This document shows positions 53,201-63,151 of a stretch of DNA of 64,000 bases, piece by piece. Source of the stretch: Tubiluchus corallicola (lineage: Eukaryota; Animalia; Priapulida); assembly GCA_030141605.1 (NCBI GenBank), contig JAQGDQ010000046.1, forward strand, positions 434,001 to 498,000, written 5' to 3'. Within the stretch, counting starts at the first letter, position 1, and each line of letters starts with the position of its first letter. Made by a program: the position numbers and the translations under genes. The notes under the pieces are model-generated. The model worked only from the letters and a program-made list of their open reading frames with translations, had not been told where the DNA came from and did not search any database.

Positions 53201-56200
53201 ACAATGTTTAATCGCAAGATAAATACAATTGCAAGAAAAAAACAGCGAATTTTTGTTTGTGCCTTATAAAAAAGCCCATGTTCAATCATTTGTTGAAAAA
53301 TATCTTTTCAGTCACAGCTAGAATTCAGCCAGATAAAATGGAAAAAAATTGAAAAATCACAAAAATCATTAGAAATTATGTAATAAAATTTTAAGCTTTT
53401 GCAGTAAATACTAAAGGACAATATTAACAACGTCTTGAAAATAAAATTTCTAAATTTTAGCTGATGTAATCTCAAGACGTTGAATGCCACGTCGTGTTTT
53501 GCAATTCCAACTTTTTCGCATTCAGCTGTACACACTCCAAGATGAGTAGAGAGTTGGGACAAAAACACTGAATGGCAAATGTGCTAGACAAAAATTGTAA
53601 GCCATATACATAAAATAGGCAATACACCTCATCTTGTAGAAATTGCATCATATAAAGCTTGAAATCATTACAGTTCTTAGATCTGCTTCAATATAGAAAT
53701 GTAATAAAGTGTCCATTGAGGTGTACTCAAAATTAATATGCAAATTTACAATATTTTTACAATAAAGTTTGCGCTATTAATACTTTCTAGTGCCATAATT
53801 CAGTAAATGCAAAAACTAAGATAGGAGACAAAAATGTTATCAAAACAGCACAATTCTAAAAACAAGGCACACAACACAACTTTAATTAGTGCTTACTAAA
53901 CTTATTTGTTGAATAAAAACAATCTTTGCCATTTTTAATGGATTAAAAAACCTATGACTCACTTTTAAGTCTATTTCATTTTCGTGCGGTTGCCCTTGTG
54001 ATAGAACATCCGATGAAGGAAATTTAAAACGACTTCCACTATTTATTACCAATTCTGAACCTGTGAAAATCACAAAAATTAATTAAGATTTTGCCATAGC
54101 AAAATATGGCAAAATCCTTAAACTTCATTCTTAAAGTTTTGCTATACATGCAAATCTTCTTATTTACAAATGATTTATTATTGCTATTGTTATTATTAAG
54201 ACTCTGCAGTACATGCAGAAAATTACTTACTAACAAGAACAGACTACACATAAACTTATGCCTTAAAGTCTGCATAATTAACAGGTTAATAGCAAAACTC
54301 AGCAAAAAATGCTGTCATGTACCACAATGAATGACCACATATACAGTGGCAACTATTCAGCCTCTCTATTTTGAAGAGCAGGCTTACAAACCTCCTAAGC
54401 GGCTAGTTCTTTCTCGTCTTAGATAAAGTGACAACGTATCAGTGGTAAATATAGTTGGTTCCTCGCATATCACTTTGTGAGGTAGAACTGCAGCTGACAC
54501 ATTCTCAATTATTTCAATTGACCTGAGAGTGATCTCTTCAGCCTGTGAAATTAAAAACGTGTTAAAGGGACAATTTAAGCATGACCTCTAAGAGCACATG
54601 TATTACAAAAATATAATTTAATTATAAATTTGGTTGAAAATTAATTTAGCAGTGTGAGCAAACTATCAATTTAAACAATTTGATTTACTTTCAGTAGTAC
54701 CTGCGAGAATTTTTCATGTTTTTCTGCATCAGAGTCACTTAATGGATACAAAGTTTCTTTTCTTTCACGTATTTCATAATTTGTTTCTTTGCCTTTGTCG
54801 GTCTGTCTGGTCGTGTCACTAAGAATATTAGATACTCCAAGCAAAATAGACCTGAATAAATGAATTTAAACAAGTATTTGTAATGTTCCCAAAACCTTTT
54901 TTGTCAAGCCAATTGCATGAAGAGAAAATTACAATGTAGCTTTCACGTCACTTTTAATAAAACAAAGTTAATTATAATAAAAGTGAAAAGGCACTAACCT
55001 TGCTGTATCTTCTAAATCACCAGCATGCATAAGTTTTGTATTCATCTTCATAAATGATGAAATTTCCCCAAACTTTTTGGTGACAGCTGCCTATAATAAT
55101 TTTATATGACATTAGAATAACATATGTACATAGCAATTTAGGAGTGTAGAGAAGTTTAAAAATTAAACGAGTTTTTCGACAATCTTTTTGCCTTGCATTT
55201 TTCGTTAATCTTCGTTAATACAAATAATAAGAATGGTCATATATGAATAACACATAAACTCAACACAATAGATAGTATTAGATAATGCTAACTTACCATT
55301 GTTGTTATCATTGAAAAATACCAAATTTGCTAAAGATAGGTTTGATTACATAATCTACAGCAACTCATTAAAATTGTGTTTACTTATAGTTACAAATCTA
55401 GGATGTGGTTAATGTTTTTGCTGCACGAAACTTTTCCGACATAGCAATTAGACCTTAAAGCATTACTCATTAGCAAAGTGTTACTAGGAAATTATAGTGT
55501 ATCATTTGTGTTTATTACTACTATTATTGCTCTGAGCACATTATTGAACAGATGATATCTATTTCTGCATTATACTAGCAATCTGGCCACAAGTGATTTT
55601 ACATCGATGGCCACATGCTTACCAGAAACAAGTGAGCAGCTGAAACTTTTGTTCTAGAGCTAGTGAAATTTTTGGTACAATGCAACAAAATCATGGTTTG
55701 GCCAAATTATCATTTATTAAAGTCGATATATCCTTTCTTTTAGGAACTAATGTGTTTACAGAAAATCTTTTGTATATTCTTATTTGATGACTTGGAAATA
55801 AAAACAAACCAAACCTTAATTTTTGATCCATGTCTTGTATCGGAACAAATGACTTGACTTATCATTGATGACAAGAATTTCATCGTTTTGTTGTCATATA
55901 TAGAGGCTTCAGTAAGTTGATTTACTAAAATTGTTAACGCCTGGAGCAAAAAATATAACTAACAACATATTTTAATACAGTAGGTGCTGCTTAATAGACT
56001 CACTTTGGGGCTGAAATGCTTTGACCCAATTAATCAACTGAATCTATTAAGCAACTGATGTAGTATTACTGGTATAGAAGTATGAATCATCAACTTAGTA
56101 TGCACTGCAAAGGTTTTTAATGAATTTTAGAAACAAAGTAATACCTAAATTACTTTATGCAGTTAATTTTTTTTTAAAAATTCAATGGCACATATATTCA

Positions 56201-59200
56201 AGGGCAAAAGAGACTTTTGTAAATATATTTTGTTGACCAATTGTCCTAAAGCTAAGCTTAATTGGCTTAGTTTCTTTATAATAACGACACGACTAGGAGC
56301 TCATGTCTATGCATTTTGTCATTCTTTGAAGCTTTGATGCTACATTCTGCTTAAATTGTGAAGATATTTTTTTATTTAAAATTTTAATTTCTCGTAAATA
56401 ACTTCTACCAAATTTTGTACACGAAAAAGCACAATTATTTTATCTCCTGATTAAACATTATAGTTGTCATGTTGTTTGCTAAAGAGTTGTTATTCAGCAG
56501 GAGCTGGTGTCCTGAATGCTGCTCAACGTGCTTACATCACAACACAGGCGGGGAGCGATAGATCAATATGCTTGACGTCAATTACTAAGATGGCTGCAGA
56601 TGTATAACTCAGGTGACAACATACCAGTGGAAAATTAAGATGGCATGAAGCAGGCCGCTTTCACAGCAAAAATTAATGAATCTGACTTGCTTCTCCAGAG
56701 CTTTAGACTCTGCTAAATGGTAACTGACTTTCTATTATGCTGCAAGAGAATTAATTTAAAATCTACTTTAGAAAGTGCTTCCTTTCCTCTTTAAGTACTG
56801 TTATGAGTTGGAATTGGTTACACAAAACATGGTGAATAAACGGAGATGCATTTGCGACATTACTCCATTTTTATTGCCAGTAAACACAAATTAACAAAAA
56901 TAAAACATCAGGGCTGTCATCCTGAGCAGCCGACATTACTTCCACTTCAATAACAACTCTAGCTAACTAGGTCAAAAGCAAGTACAGAACACAGGTGAGA
57001 AGCCAACCTGGCGCTTAAATTAAAATCGGCAGGTGGGTCATAACAGAACTATACAAAGTAGTATCACCAACATTAATGGTAGATCATAAAGTAGTATCAA
57101 CATTAACTGTACATTATAATACGGTAGATCATCAACAAACAGTAGAAACAAAGTAAGGGGTGTTACGGAAACCTTGAGCAATACCACCTTTGACTTCAAA
57201 CAGAGAGGAAGACTAATTGCAATTGTTGAGGTATGATGATACTATACTGCCACCTACACAAAACGCAAAACTTTATGCAGTAAACTCCTTGTGCCCTTAG
57301 ATAACCCGAGCTCACTTGGGCATTCTAAAGCTCTACATTTGGTGATAACAAAAGCTCATCAGGAGTAGAGCAAGAAAAGTGGATACCACCCAGCATATCC
57401 ACCCAGACTGGCAGCAAGCTAATAGGGCTATCATTCAATTCTATTGCGTCCAGACGTTTCCTTTACATGTACAGTTAAGATGATATGAGCAACTGTTTAG
57501 TATGACACAAAGATCTAAGATGTGGAAATAAGAAAGCTAGTGCCCATCGTTTTTCATGGCTAAATTCTCACCAAAACTTTGGATACGTAGTTCAGCTTTG
57601 TTAAGCACAGAAGACAAAAATTTTGTCTCCACAAACAAACAATAGATTGCACATTTACTGCAAATGAGGATTAAGAGATAAGAGGCTATACCAATAAGAG
57701 AAACAGCAGCAAAATAAGTACTCCAAGCAAACTATTGGCCTCTGGAAACTGACAACAAATGGGAGCATCTTCCACTAAAGTAGCAATAAATGATGCTTAA
57801 TTTGGCCTTCAAAGAACCATTGACTGCAGGGACAATCCCAGACGAGTCCAGAGTCATCACACTAACTATACAGTTTTGCAGTCTTTCAAATGGTTTAACG
57901 TTAAACATAGGCACCAGCCAGATTTGCTTGCAGTATACATGTCATACATATTGATTACATCAGTAAACGTATGCCGATGCATGTAGAAAGATTTTTACTT
58001 ACTGACGTGAGATATTATTAATGGTTTACTTTTCTCTCGTACATTATACACATGTATCAGCTTTAAAGCTATTTATTTATTTTTCTAACATTAAAAAAAT
58101 AAAAGGAGCTCATCAAATAAAGACAGACAAAATATTACTGAATCTAATTGTCCTTTTAGCAAAACAATACAAACCGTATCTTTCAGCTCAATAGCTTTTT
58201 GCACAAAATCTGTGTGGTTTTGCTTTATGAGTTTTTTTACTTCATTTGTTACAACCTTAAACGTCTGAACAGAATCTAAAAAGTAAACACTCAATAATTA
58301 GAAGATTATTCTCAGTCTGTTTTCAGCATTCAACAAAATTCCAGAAAATTTCTTTAAAAATGAAAGTAAAAATAATGTATTTTTAAAAGTGCACTAAAAC
58401 TATAACATTCCTATGCTCTTGTGTGTAATGTTTAAAAATTATACAAAATACAAAAAACGAAAACCTTGATAATACTGTTATAACAAACATTACATAAAAT
58501 AAAAAATAATTATCAAGTGTAAAAAATAATAGTATTTACATACGTAAAAATAATCAAGGTATATCGAATTCAATAAGATAAGTATAGTAAAATGATAAGT
58601 TTTCTACTTTGCTTTTTCATGTTATGTTCAAGTAACAAAATCTAAAAAAAACTGGTAGTAATAACTGGTTAATGGTAAGTTAGCTTAAAATTCTGAACAA
58701 AAGGCTAGACAAATGAACTTGCTAACCTCCTTTTGAGTTCTGTTCACGTTTTCCTTTAAAGTACGCATATATACAAGCAAATGCCTTGAAAGAGACATTT
58801 AAAATATTATTTAGGCAAGACTTTAGTACAGCCAACGAATTCCTCGGTGATGAACTAAATTAAGTTTGTAAAACAATTTCTTCACCAATTTCTTTCCGTA
58901 TCAATTGTAGCTAGCAAAAAGCCTTACCAAGAACATCTCTCTCACTGGCTATAGCTGATGAAGCTGTTAGATTTTCAAGCGTGTTTAAAATATATTTTTC
59001 ATTATATTCAAGTGGTAAAACCTACAAAAAATTGAAGATTAGCAGGAACTGCCTAACAAATAATAAATTAATTTAAAAATTTGATTAAAGAAACATTGAT
59101 AAATGAATTGAATGTTATGTAGCACCCTCCTCCCTTTAAGTTCTCTTCACATTTTCAATATAATTTAGCCCATGGTACAACATGAAAAATGACAATGTTT

Positions 59201-62200
59201 TTTGCTGTTATTCACATATTAGACTCTTGAAACATAGTGATTTTTTCTAGCTTGTGCATACCTGTAAAAGGGGACCAAATGTTTAAAATGCCAAAAGTTT
59301 TTAATTAAAAAAATAGAAACAGAAAAGCACTTTCAAGCAAAAACCATGTCAATTCGTAACTGGTAAAACATTTAGTCCTAATTACTTACGTTTTCAGATG
59401 AGATGTAATAACAAGTCAATGAACGCATTACTCACTCTAACATCAAATTCAAAGACTGAAGATGAGTCGTAAGAATCTGTTACTTGAAGTACAAATTCAC
59501 CATCTCCCTGAGGAAGAGTTATTGGTGGAAGTACGGGATCTGTGCTGCTGTATAAAAAATTACCTGAAAATAAGTGTAGCTAAGTAGAGCAAAAAGTAGG
59601 TTGTTTAGATACACATGTACATAAAGAATAATAGATTATTACCATAGGTAGGGTACCAAACTAATGCTGGCATTGTTTGATTATATTACTTGCCTTATCG
59701 ATAGTGAGGACAGACATGGACCGAAAATTTAAGGCAGGAAACACTAGATGATTACTTGTTGCATCAAGCAAGTAAATTTTTACATACAATTTAATTAAAA
59801 AACCTTTTAACATGTAAAGTTGTGATTTTTTTCAAGAGCAATGAAAGCTTTAATGAATGCTAGCTCAGAAGTTTAAGTTGACTTCCAAGGGCAATCATCA
59901 TAAAATTCATTGACGGTGATGCATTTGTTTATGAATGAAGGGCTAGTTTTGTTAAAATTAGAGCATGAGGAACAATTGAGCATTTCAAAAAATTTTAATG
60001 CAACAAATAGTTTTTCATTTAAGTTATCCTTCTCAGTAATGTTACAATTATGGTGATAGAGCTGCCACTTTAAGGGATGACATTCCAGCTTTATAAAAGT
60101 GGAAATGTGAATTTAACTGGAAACACTGAAAAACATGCTACCACCATTGAAAGAAAACTGTTCTCTAAAAATCATAATGCATTTAGTTATTAAAACTTGA
60201 AATATATGCACCCTAAGTTTCACTTGTAAGAGTTTTTTAAATGGTTAACCCACAAATTAACTAATTAATAACCTCAAAACTTGAAAATATTATACTTAAA
60301 ATACATTCACAGTAATGCAATTGCAGTGCCATTTGAAAAAAATACAATGTTAGCTGTGCACAAGTGGAAAATTACCAAACAGTTTAAAATGTACAAAATT
60401 TCAAAATCATACTCTATACAGCATCAATTACATGACTAAGTTTGGTGGCTAATAACATAAGCCTTTAGTCTGAAAGACATTTGCACTTTCACACATAAGC
60501 CTTTAGTCTGATGAATATTTGCACTTTCATACCTTTAAACTCTTTTGAAGTGCTCCTCTCTCTGTTAGTTCTATAGTAAAATTCATAGATAACTGATTCA
60601 TTAGTAGAATGCTTGCCACATTTTAAAGAAAATTTTGTCATCAGGGCCATTCCTAAAAATACACAACATTACTTATGAAAGACATGCATCGTACAGTAGG
60701 TTGAGGTTTGAGGTTTTTCCTGGCAATTAAAGTATATTCCATTATTAAGGCTTCGAAGCTTCCCGTCTTTCATTATGTTTCAGTACTACTATCTTCTCAG
60801 CACCATAAGCAGCAAACGTCAAAGCCTAATGGCCAGGCCAGAAAGAATTTTGCAGGCTTATGTACAGCTTCTATACAGCTGTAATTGGTGATATATGTGA
60901 TATTCTAAAGATATTCAGAGACGTCTCATTTACATGCAAATTTCCTTCTTAATGCGCATTTTTGCCATTAACAAAATAACAGTTTCTTAATTACAGGTAT
61001 GCTGCCTACTGATTCTGAGACAATTTCCAGATGTGATAGTTAAACGATGTCTTCAAAGAAGTTCTGTAAATCGATTGTTTGGATAGTACCCCCTTTGAAA
61101 TTCTGCATGCTATGTTATGCTAAATAAGTTTATTAAAATCAAACACAATACAGATAAAAATATGTTTACACAAATAATAAAAAATACTTGAAATTAAAAG
61201 GCCACAATAATTTGCTAATCAATTTTAATTTTCCACGCATCTTATATAAAAATGCATCTTTAAAATAAACGCTCACATACCAAGAGCAAAACACGAGTTA
61301 TGCACGCCAAAAATTAAAAATCTAACTAAATCTTCTAAAACATTTCATTTGATTTTCCGTCATCTTTGCCATTCAATAATTTAATTAAATTTGTAAAGAC
61401 GACATACAACATTTATCATACATTTTCTTAAAAATATATTTTTCTTTATTTCTAGTCGAAGCTTTGGAAATCTATGGTAATGTTGAAAAATTGGAGTGCT
61501 ACTACTACTACTTGGCAGCACCTGGCTTCTTACTCAGATGTGAAACCCGTTTTTGGAGATTGGCTTACGTGACGTGCAGAAGTAAGATGCGGCCAGTTGT
61601 GTTCTTTTTAGACTCAGTTCCAGTTTAAACTTATTATGCTGTCTGATGGCAAATAATGACGATGTCCAGTTGCGAAGATGCCTACATCAGTTTACCTACA
61701 CACCTGAGCACAGGTACTTCAAACTTAATTTCCTCATTAAAAGGCTATTGACTATCTCTTAAATGCTGCCGTAATGCAAATAGTAGCCGTCACTAGTATA
61801 TCTTCTATTTGCAGATAGAGTCTATTACTGAAAGTTTATTCTAATAATGGCCATAACTCTGAACTTGTTAGAAGGACCCATGATGAGGTTTATAGTGGCT
61901 AGAATCATTACTGCGTTATCTGTTTATCTCTAAGCTGTGCTGAACTAGGCTATGCTCACATTGAGAGACTTGACTTATGAACTCTTTAATAGGCAGGATT
62001 GCCATGCCATTGTTTTCAAAAGAGTGATTGCCAACACTATCTACACTGAAAATTCCTTCATTTTTAGTGTTATTGTTCAATGTAACTCCTATTGTTCTTT
62101 TTTTTACAAAATGCATATATCAAAATTTCAATTATTGTATTCACTTTTGATCAATTCGTAGCATAATTGTTACCTGCCACAAATTCACAGATGAAAAACC

Positions 62201-63151
62201 ACAGCGCCTATAATCAAAGCTCTTGCCAGCTCAGGCCCGAGTTGACCTACAAATCTTGGTGATAAAACCAAATTAATCAATGCCCACTATCTATGGTTCC
62301 TCACACCCAGTAAAACAATATATATGAATATTCTTTTTTTTTAAATGCCATTTCTCTTGCTTCGTTCATACTTTTGTTAATTTGCCATTATTTGGAGCAC
62401 AAATATCAGGACTTTGGCTGGAATGTCAGCATGTGACTGTTCTACATCATAACAGGTTTTAAACAGCAGAACAGTAGATTAGGTATACAAACTATGCTTT
62501 TTGCTCTGGCAACAAACACTGTGGAATAGAAATCACAAAAAACACAAAGGAAACTATAAATTTGACAATGCACAACTTTTGCTTGTGAAATCAGACTGAT
62601 GAATTTCCATGTATATTTTCAGTTTTCAAAAGCTAGGCTCAATATGGAGGGACTTATGGCTTCTAAACTTAAGGCTCACCTTCGGATGGTGTGACAGAGC
62701 ATGCAGGTGCGATCAGCGGCATTGTAACTGTAAAATCGTAAATTGCAGTTCCCGGAATTCCAAATGCAGGACCACCTAAGACAAACAAACGTATCAGCAG
62801 AGCTTCATCTATTTTTCCAAAAAACAAATTTTCTTCAGTTGCGCATATTATATTATAAAAGTATTTGAAAAATATGACAATTATAAAAGTCATAATTACA
62901 CAACCATACCTTCTACTACAATTCTAAAGGTATGTCCTTCCACTAAGGCACTTTTTCTAACAAAAATTATGTCAGTGTCCTTATTGACAGTTGCTGATTC
63001 ATTAACACTAATAGGAGTGAAAGTGCCGTTAACCATGATTTTTATACTCCAAGAATAAACCGTAATTGATGAATTGTCACAGCTCACACACACACTTTGC
63101 AAGACAAGGCTGGCAGCACTGTTTACCTTTCTTCTGCAGTTTTCTAAGCAC
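16398..63151 (-). CDS. Polycystin-1-like (PKD1L/REJ family) receptor-channel, 33 exons in window (about 2190 aa), 5' end beyond window; whole-gene span
   Basis: Phase-consistent GT-AG exons totalling 6580 nt encode REJ, GAIN/GPS (CLFWD...WSNNGC...CQCYHMTAF), TM1, PLAT, HLWASVFWRP..FTRVQRLSC, LPWWC..AW, RLRQLRV, YSGGGY, WIDDRTRA and the channel helices. Confidence 0.93.
17915..18819. mobile_element. hAT-type MITE in the last PKD1-like intron
   Basis: TIRs CAGTGGCGTAGCT / AGCTACACCACCG with internal CCCGGGGC and C-runs; no clear TSD. Confidence 0.6.
20700..23200 (+). mobile_element. Degenerate LINE (L2/Crack/CR1 group): PHD finger, APE endonuclease, RT linker and C-terminus, RT core deleted; antisense in PKD1-like intron
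   Basis: CLVC...VLCDCCGQWVHLKC...WFCECC (PHD); HINIRSL, ETW, GGGVALL, GVTYRP, LLGDYNLNLL, PTRIT..TLIDN (APE); YKKCRNRL..LIKKSKFDYY; HNTR...RTN...GPNVWNSI; AATAAA-rich tail near 23176-23200; several frameshifts. The 5' region may extend to about 18830. Confidence 0.88.
23510..23692 (-). CDS. PKD1-like exon (TOP domain)
   Basis: DLCSIIPMLQPYGRKCVGDYYWHLQDTNSYYSGW...WTFQSSLELWTPVLS. Confidence 0.88.
24020..24185 (-). CDS. PKD1-like exon (TOP domain)
   Basis: IRNVSSMWDYIQNSLLPSL...RLVGVIRLRQLRVQP. Confidence 0.92.
24495..24532. repeat. (AAT)n/(AAC) microsatellite
   Basis: AATAATAATAATAATAATAATAATAACAACAATAATAA. Confidence 0.9.
24541..25489 (+). mobile_element. Penelope-like retroelement remnant (RT and GIY-YIG)
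   Basis: LYEQVDDVAMGSLLGPTVANA, SVYQKSTFSG, CKCCLKIYTGKISRHL, FKILD, ETLLIEKVQPTMN, SAPLKLF*; heavily deleted. Confidence 0.8.
28063..28138 (-). CDS. PKD1-like exon (start of TOP domain)
   Basis: SYFVTKTVKDLVVDSAYCQNTSFIE; TTTAG/GTGAG, phase 2 to 0. Confidence 0.78.
28776..28946 (-). CDS. PKD1-like exon (TM6/S1)
   Basis: YKPPMETEIAKIRKKRLRERKMNKIVTKLVLYGFFTILLSNIVFGFRDF. Confidence 0.9.
29591..30071 (-). CDS. PKD1-like exon (TM4-TM5)
   Basis: LPWWCVYFAWSLV...YGLKYGYAKSVQWLLSMLTSIVQSICISQPLKV. Confidence 0.92.
31660..32450. repeat. Interspersed repeat (GTGACCTTTGA / ACCAAACTT family); related motifs at about 17690-17890
   Basis: Shared motifs TGACCTT(T)GA and ACCAAA(C/A)TT; no ORF; class not determined. 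Confidence 0.35.
32786..33011 (-). CDS. PKD1-like exon (cytoplasmic loop)
   Basis: IPKFLSEEELYSWANEVEAEECHTLREIHQDL...STGNK; GTAAGT donor. Confidence 0.72.
34194..34263 (-). CDS. PKD1-like exon (cytoplasmic loop)
   Basis: KHKSNKHSHLQEQTKPKDKFSSE; TTCAG/GTGAGT, bridges phase 2 to 0. Confidence 0.65.
36173..36299 (-). CDS. PKD1-like exon (TM3)
   Basis: GIASSLIIFPVNLFIVSLFRMSKP. Confidence 0.88.
37410..37545 (-). CDS. PKD1-like exon (TM2)
   Basis: RLSCALALLLTAMLANIMFYG...VSWAQIFI. Confidence 0.92.
37661..37768 (-). CDS. PKD1-like exon
   Basis: AFTHVFSTKAMGGFRDSHLWASVFWRPAENHFTRVQ. Confidence 0.92.
38392..38530 (-). CDS. PKD1-like exon: cytoplasmic PLAT, part 3
   Basis: YLRKVIVSDVKTNQIWCFPYGNWLAVDHG...ELM. 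Confidence 0.9.
38682..40316. mobile_element. hAT-type MITE with GAGTC/CAAGTC subterminal repeats, containing a nested LINE fragment
   Basis: Termini TATTGTTGTAGTC / TAATACAACACTG; flanks CTAGACAT / CTATACAA (6/8); CAAGTC-GAGTC arrays at 38690-38925 and 40140-40305. Confidence 0.6.
39340..39660 (-). mobile_element. Non-LTR RT C-terminal fragment
   Basis: WTDKVSDLGHVITCDLTDDADI...LLQTCCLRYYGCQSWKL resembles the post-RT region of LINE ORF2. Confidence 0.65.
41168..41260. repeat. (GT)n(GA)n microsatellite just inside the intron after the PLAT exon
   Basis: About 60 bp of pure GA dinucleotide plus flanking variants. Confidence 0.95.
41293..41452 (-). CDS. PKD1-like exon: cytoplasmic PLAT, part 2
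   Basis: GNDGHSLPTRL...FDAGAQDRFLMTTCRSLGQLIAIDVWHDNSGLDPKW. Confidence 0.92.
42172..42292 (-). CDS. PKD1-like exon: canonical cytoplasmic PLAT, part 1
   Basis: LGVTILEDNNPSDTYAYLIITFTGLRRGAGTTANVIIYIE. Confidence 0.92.
42797..43027 (-). CDS. PKD1-like exon: GPS cleavage site and TM1
   Basis: VGPLTTPKQIHCQCYHMTAFAGRLVVEPNELN...NPVVIIFVSLVWFLYLVLLVYARRHDQED. Confidence 0.93.
44900..45676 (+). mobile_element. pogo/Tigger-derived deletion element
   Basis: MEHKCKDLTVKEKLKTLEQYDKLPK (45356-45448) resembles the pogo N-terminal HTH; right end CTATTAAGCGGCACCTACTATA; left boundary uncertain. Confidence 0.6.
45748..45846 (-). CDS. PKD1-like exon: GPS first half
   Basis: PPAKRINFNISSYSARCLFWDVPLRNWSNNGCQ (an alternative acceptor at 45851 is possible). 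Confidence 0.88.
46674..46793 (-). CDS. PKD1-like exon: extra PLAT domain, part 3
   Basis: VIIEDEQSTCTCPCMTWLMGDKSENQQTFPCYLVKKSIGT; xPCxxWL PLAT end motif; GTAAGT donor. Confidence 0.8.
48115..48217 (-). CDS. PKD1-like exon: extra PLAT domain, part 2
   Basis: VDEFILKTKSVGIVKNISIWHNNRGIGAGWLLEK. Confidence 0.88.
49733..49877 (-). CDS. PKD1-like exon: extra PLAT domain, part 1
   Basis: DVLYFITLHTANIKYSGTFAGVYVKLYGDHGVTEDRKLIGSLTGFGRA; GTAAGT donor. Confidence 0.88.
51119..52046 (-). CDS. PKD1-like exon, 928 nt, with 32-Cys insertion
   Basis: VVIKKGKRPIFESF...VKFFIGIMF, then Cys-rich segment and T/E-rich linker; TTTAG acceptor, GCAG|GTGGG donor, phase 0 to 1. Confidence 0.85.
52315..52460 (-). 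CDS. PKD1-like exon (GAIN)
   Basis: DDTILIPSYFMEHATNFSSKHITVHSLVVDAYSHCIISFQDVPPGIALK. Confidence 0.78.
52757..52913 (-). CDS. PKD1-like exon (GAIN)
   Basis: IIGIKENIFKAFESALPISTPITSVSF...IAEPLEFFMDVK. Confidence 0.8.
53963..54060 (-). CDS. PKD1-like exon (GAIN)
   Basis: SELVINSGSRFKFPSSDVLSQGQPHENEIDLK; GTGAGT donor. Confidence 0.8.
54392..54542 (-). CDS. PKD1-like exon (GAIN)
   Basis: AEEITLRSIEIIENVSAAVLPHKVICEEPTIFTTDTLSLYLRR. Confidence 0.82.
54701..54851 (-). CDS. PKD1-like exon
   Basis: SILLGVSNILSDTTRQTDKGKETNYE...EKFSQ. Confidence 0.78.
54999..55090 (-). CDS. PKD1-like exon
   Basis: AAVTKKFGEISSFMKMNTKLMHAGDLEDTA. Confidence 0.75.
55815..55940 (-). CDS. PKD1-like exon (GAIN helical part)
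   Basis: ALTILVNQLTEASIYDNKTMKFLSSMISQVICSDTRHGSKIK. Confidence 0.75.
55976..56166 (-). mobile_element. Second copy (inverted) of the pogo/Tigger-like end at 45482-45676
   Basis: TACAGTAGGTGCTGCTTAATAGACTCACTTTGGG...CCTAAATTACTTTATGCAG aligns at roughly 80% by eye to the reverse complement of 45482-45676. Confidence 0.8.
58175..58275 (-). CDS. PKD1-like exon (GAIN helical part)
   Basis: DSVQTFKVVTNEVKKLIKQNHTDFVQKAIELKDT. Confidence 0.72.
58928..59021 (-). CDS. PKD1-like exon
   Basis: VLPLEYNEKYILNTLENLTASSAIASERDVL; TGTAG/GTAAGG. Confidence 0.75.
59436..59563 (-). CDS. PKD1-like exon (REJ C-terminal end)
   Basis: NFLYSSTDPVLPPITLPQGDGEFVLQVTDSYDSSSVFEFDVR; TTCAG/GTGAGT. Confidence 0.85.
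60455..60530. repeat. 38-bp tandem duplication next to an exon donor
   Basis: ACATAAGCCTTTAGTCTGA..A.ATTTGCACTTTCA(C/T), two copies. Confidence 0.85.
60533..60652 (-). CDS. PKD1-like exon (REJ)
   Basis: GMALMTKFSLKCGKHSTNESVIYEFYY; completes the CSVTPxxGxALxTxFxxxC REJ motif. Confidence 0.85.
62680..62775 (-). CDS. PKD1-like exon (REJ)
   Basis: GGPAFGIPGTAIYDFTVTMPLIAPACSVTPSE. Confidence 0.85.
62910..63151 (-). CDS. PKD1-like exon (REJ)
   Basis: CLENCRRKVNSAASLVLQSVCVSC...YSWSI...SALVEGHTFRIVVE. Confidence 0.88.

Noticed and set aside
45676-55976. Idea that the Cys-rich and PLAT insert was delivered by a composite transposon bounded by the two inverted repeats
   Set aside because: The element ends face inward with their bodies outside the block, and the block also includes ancestral GAIN exons
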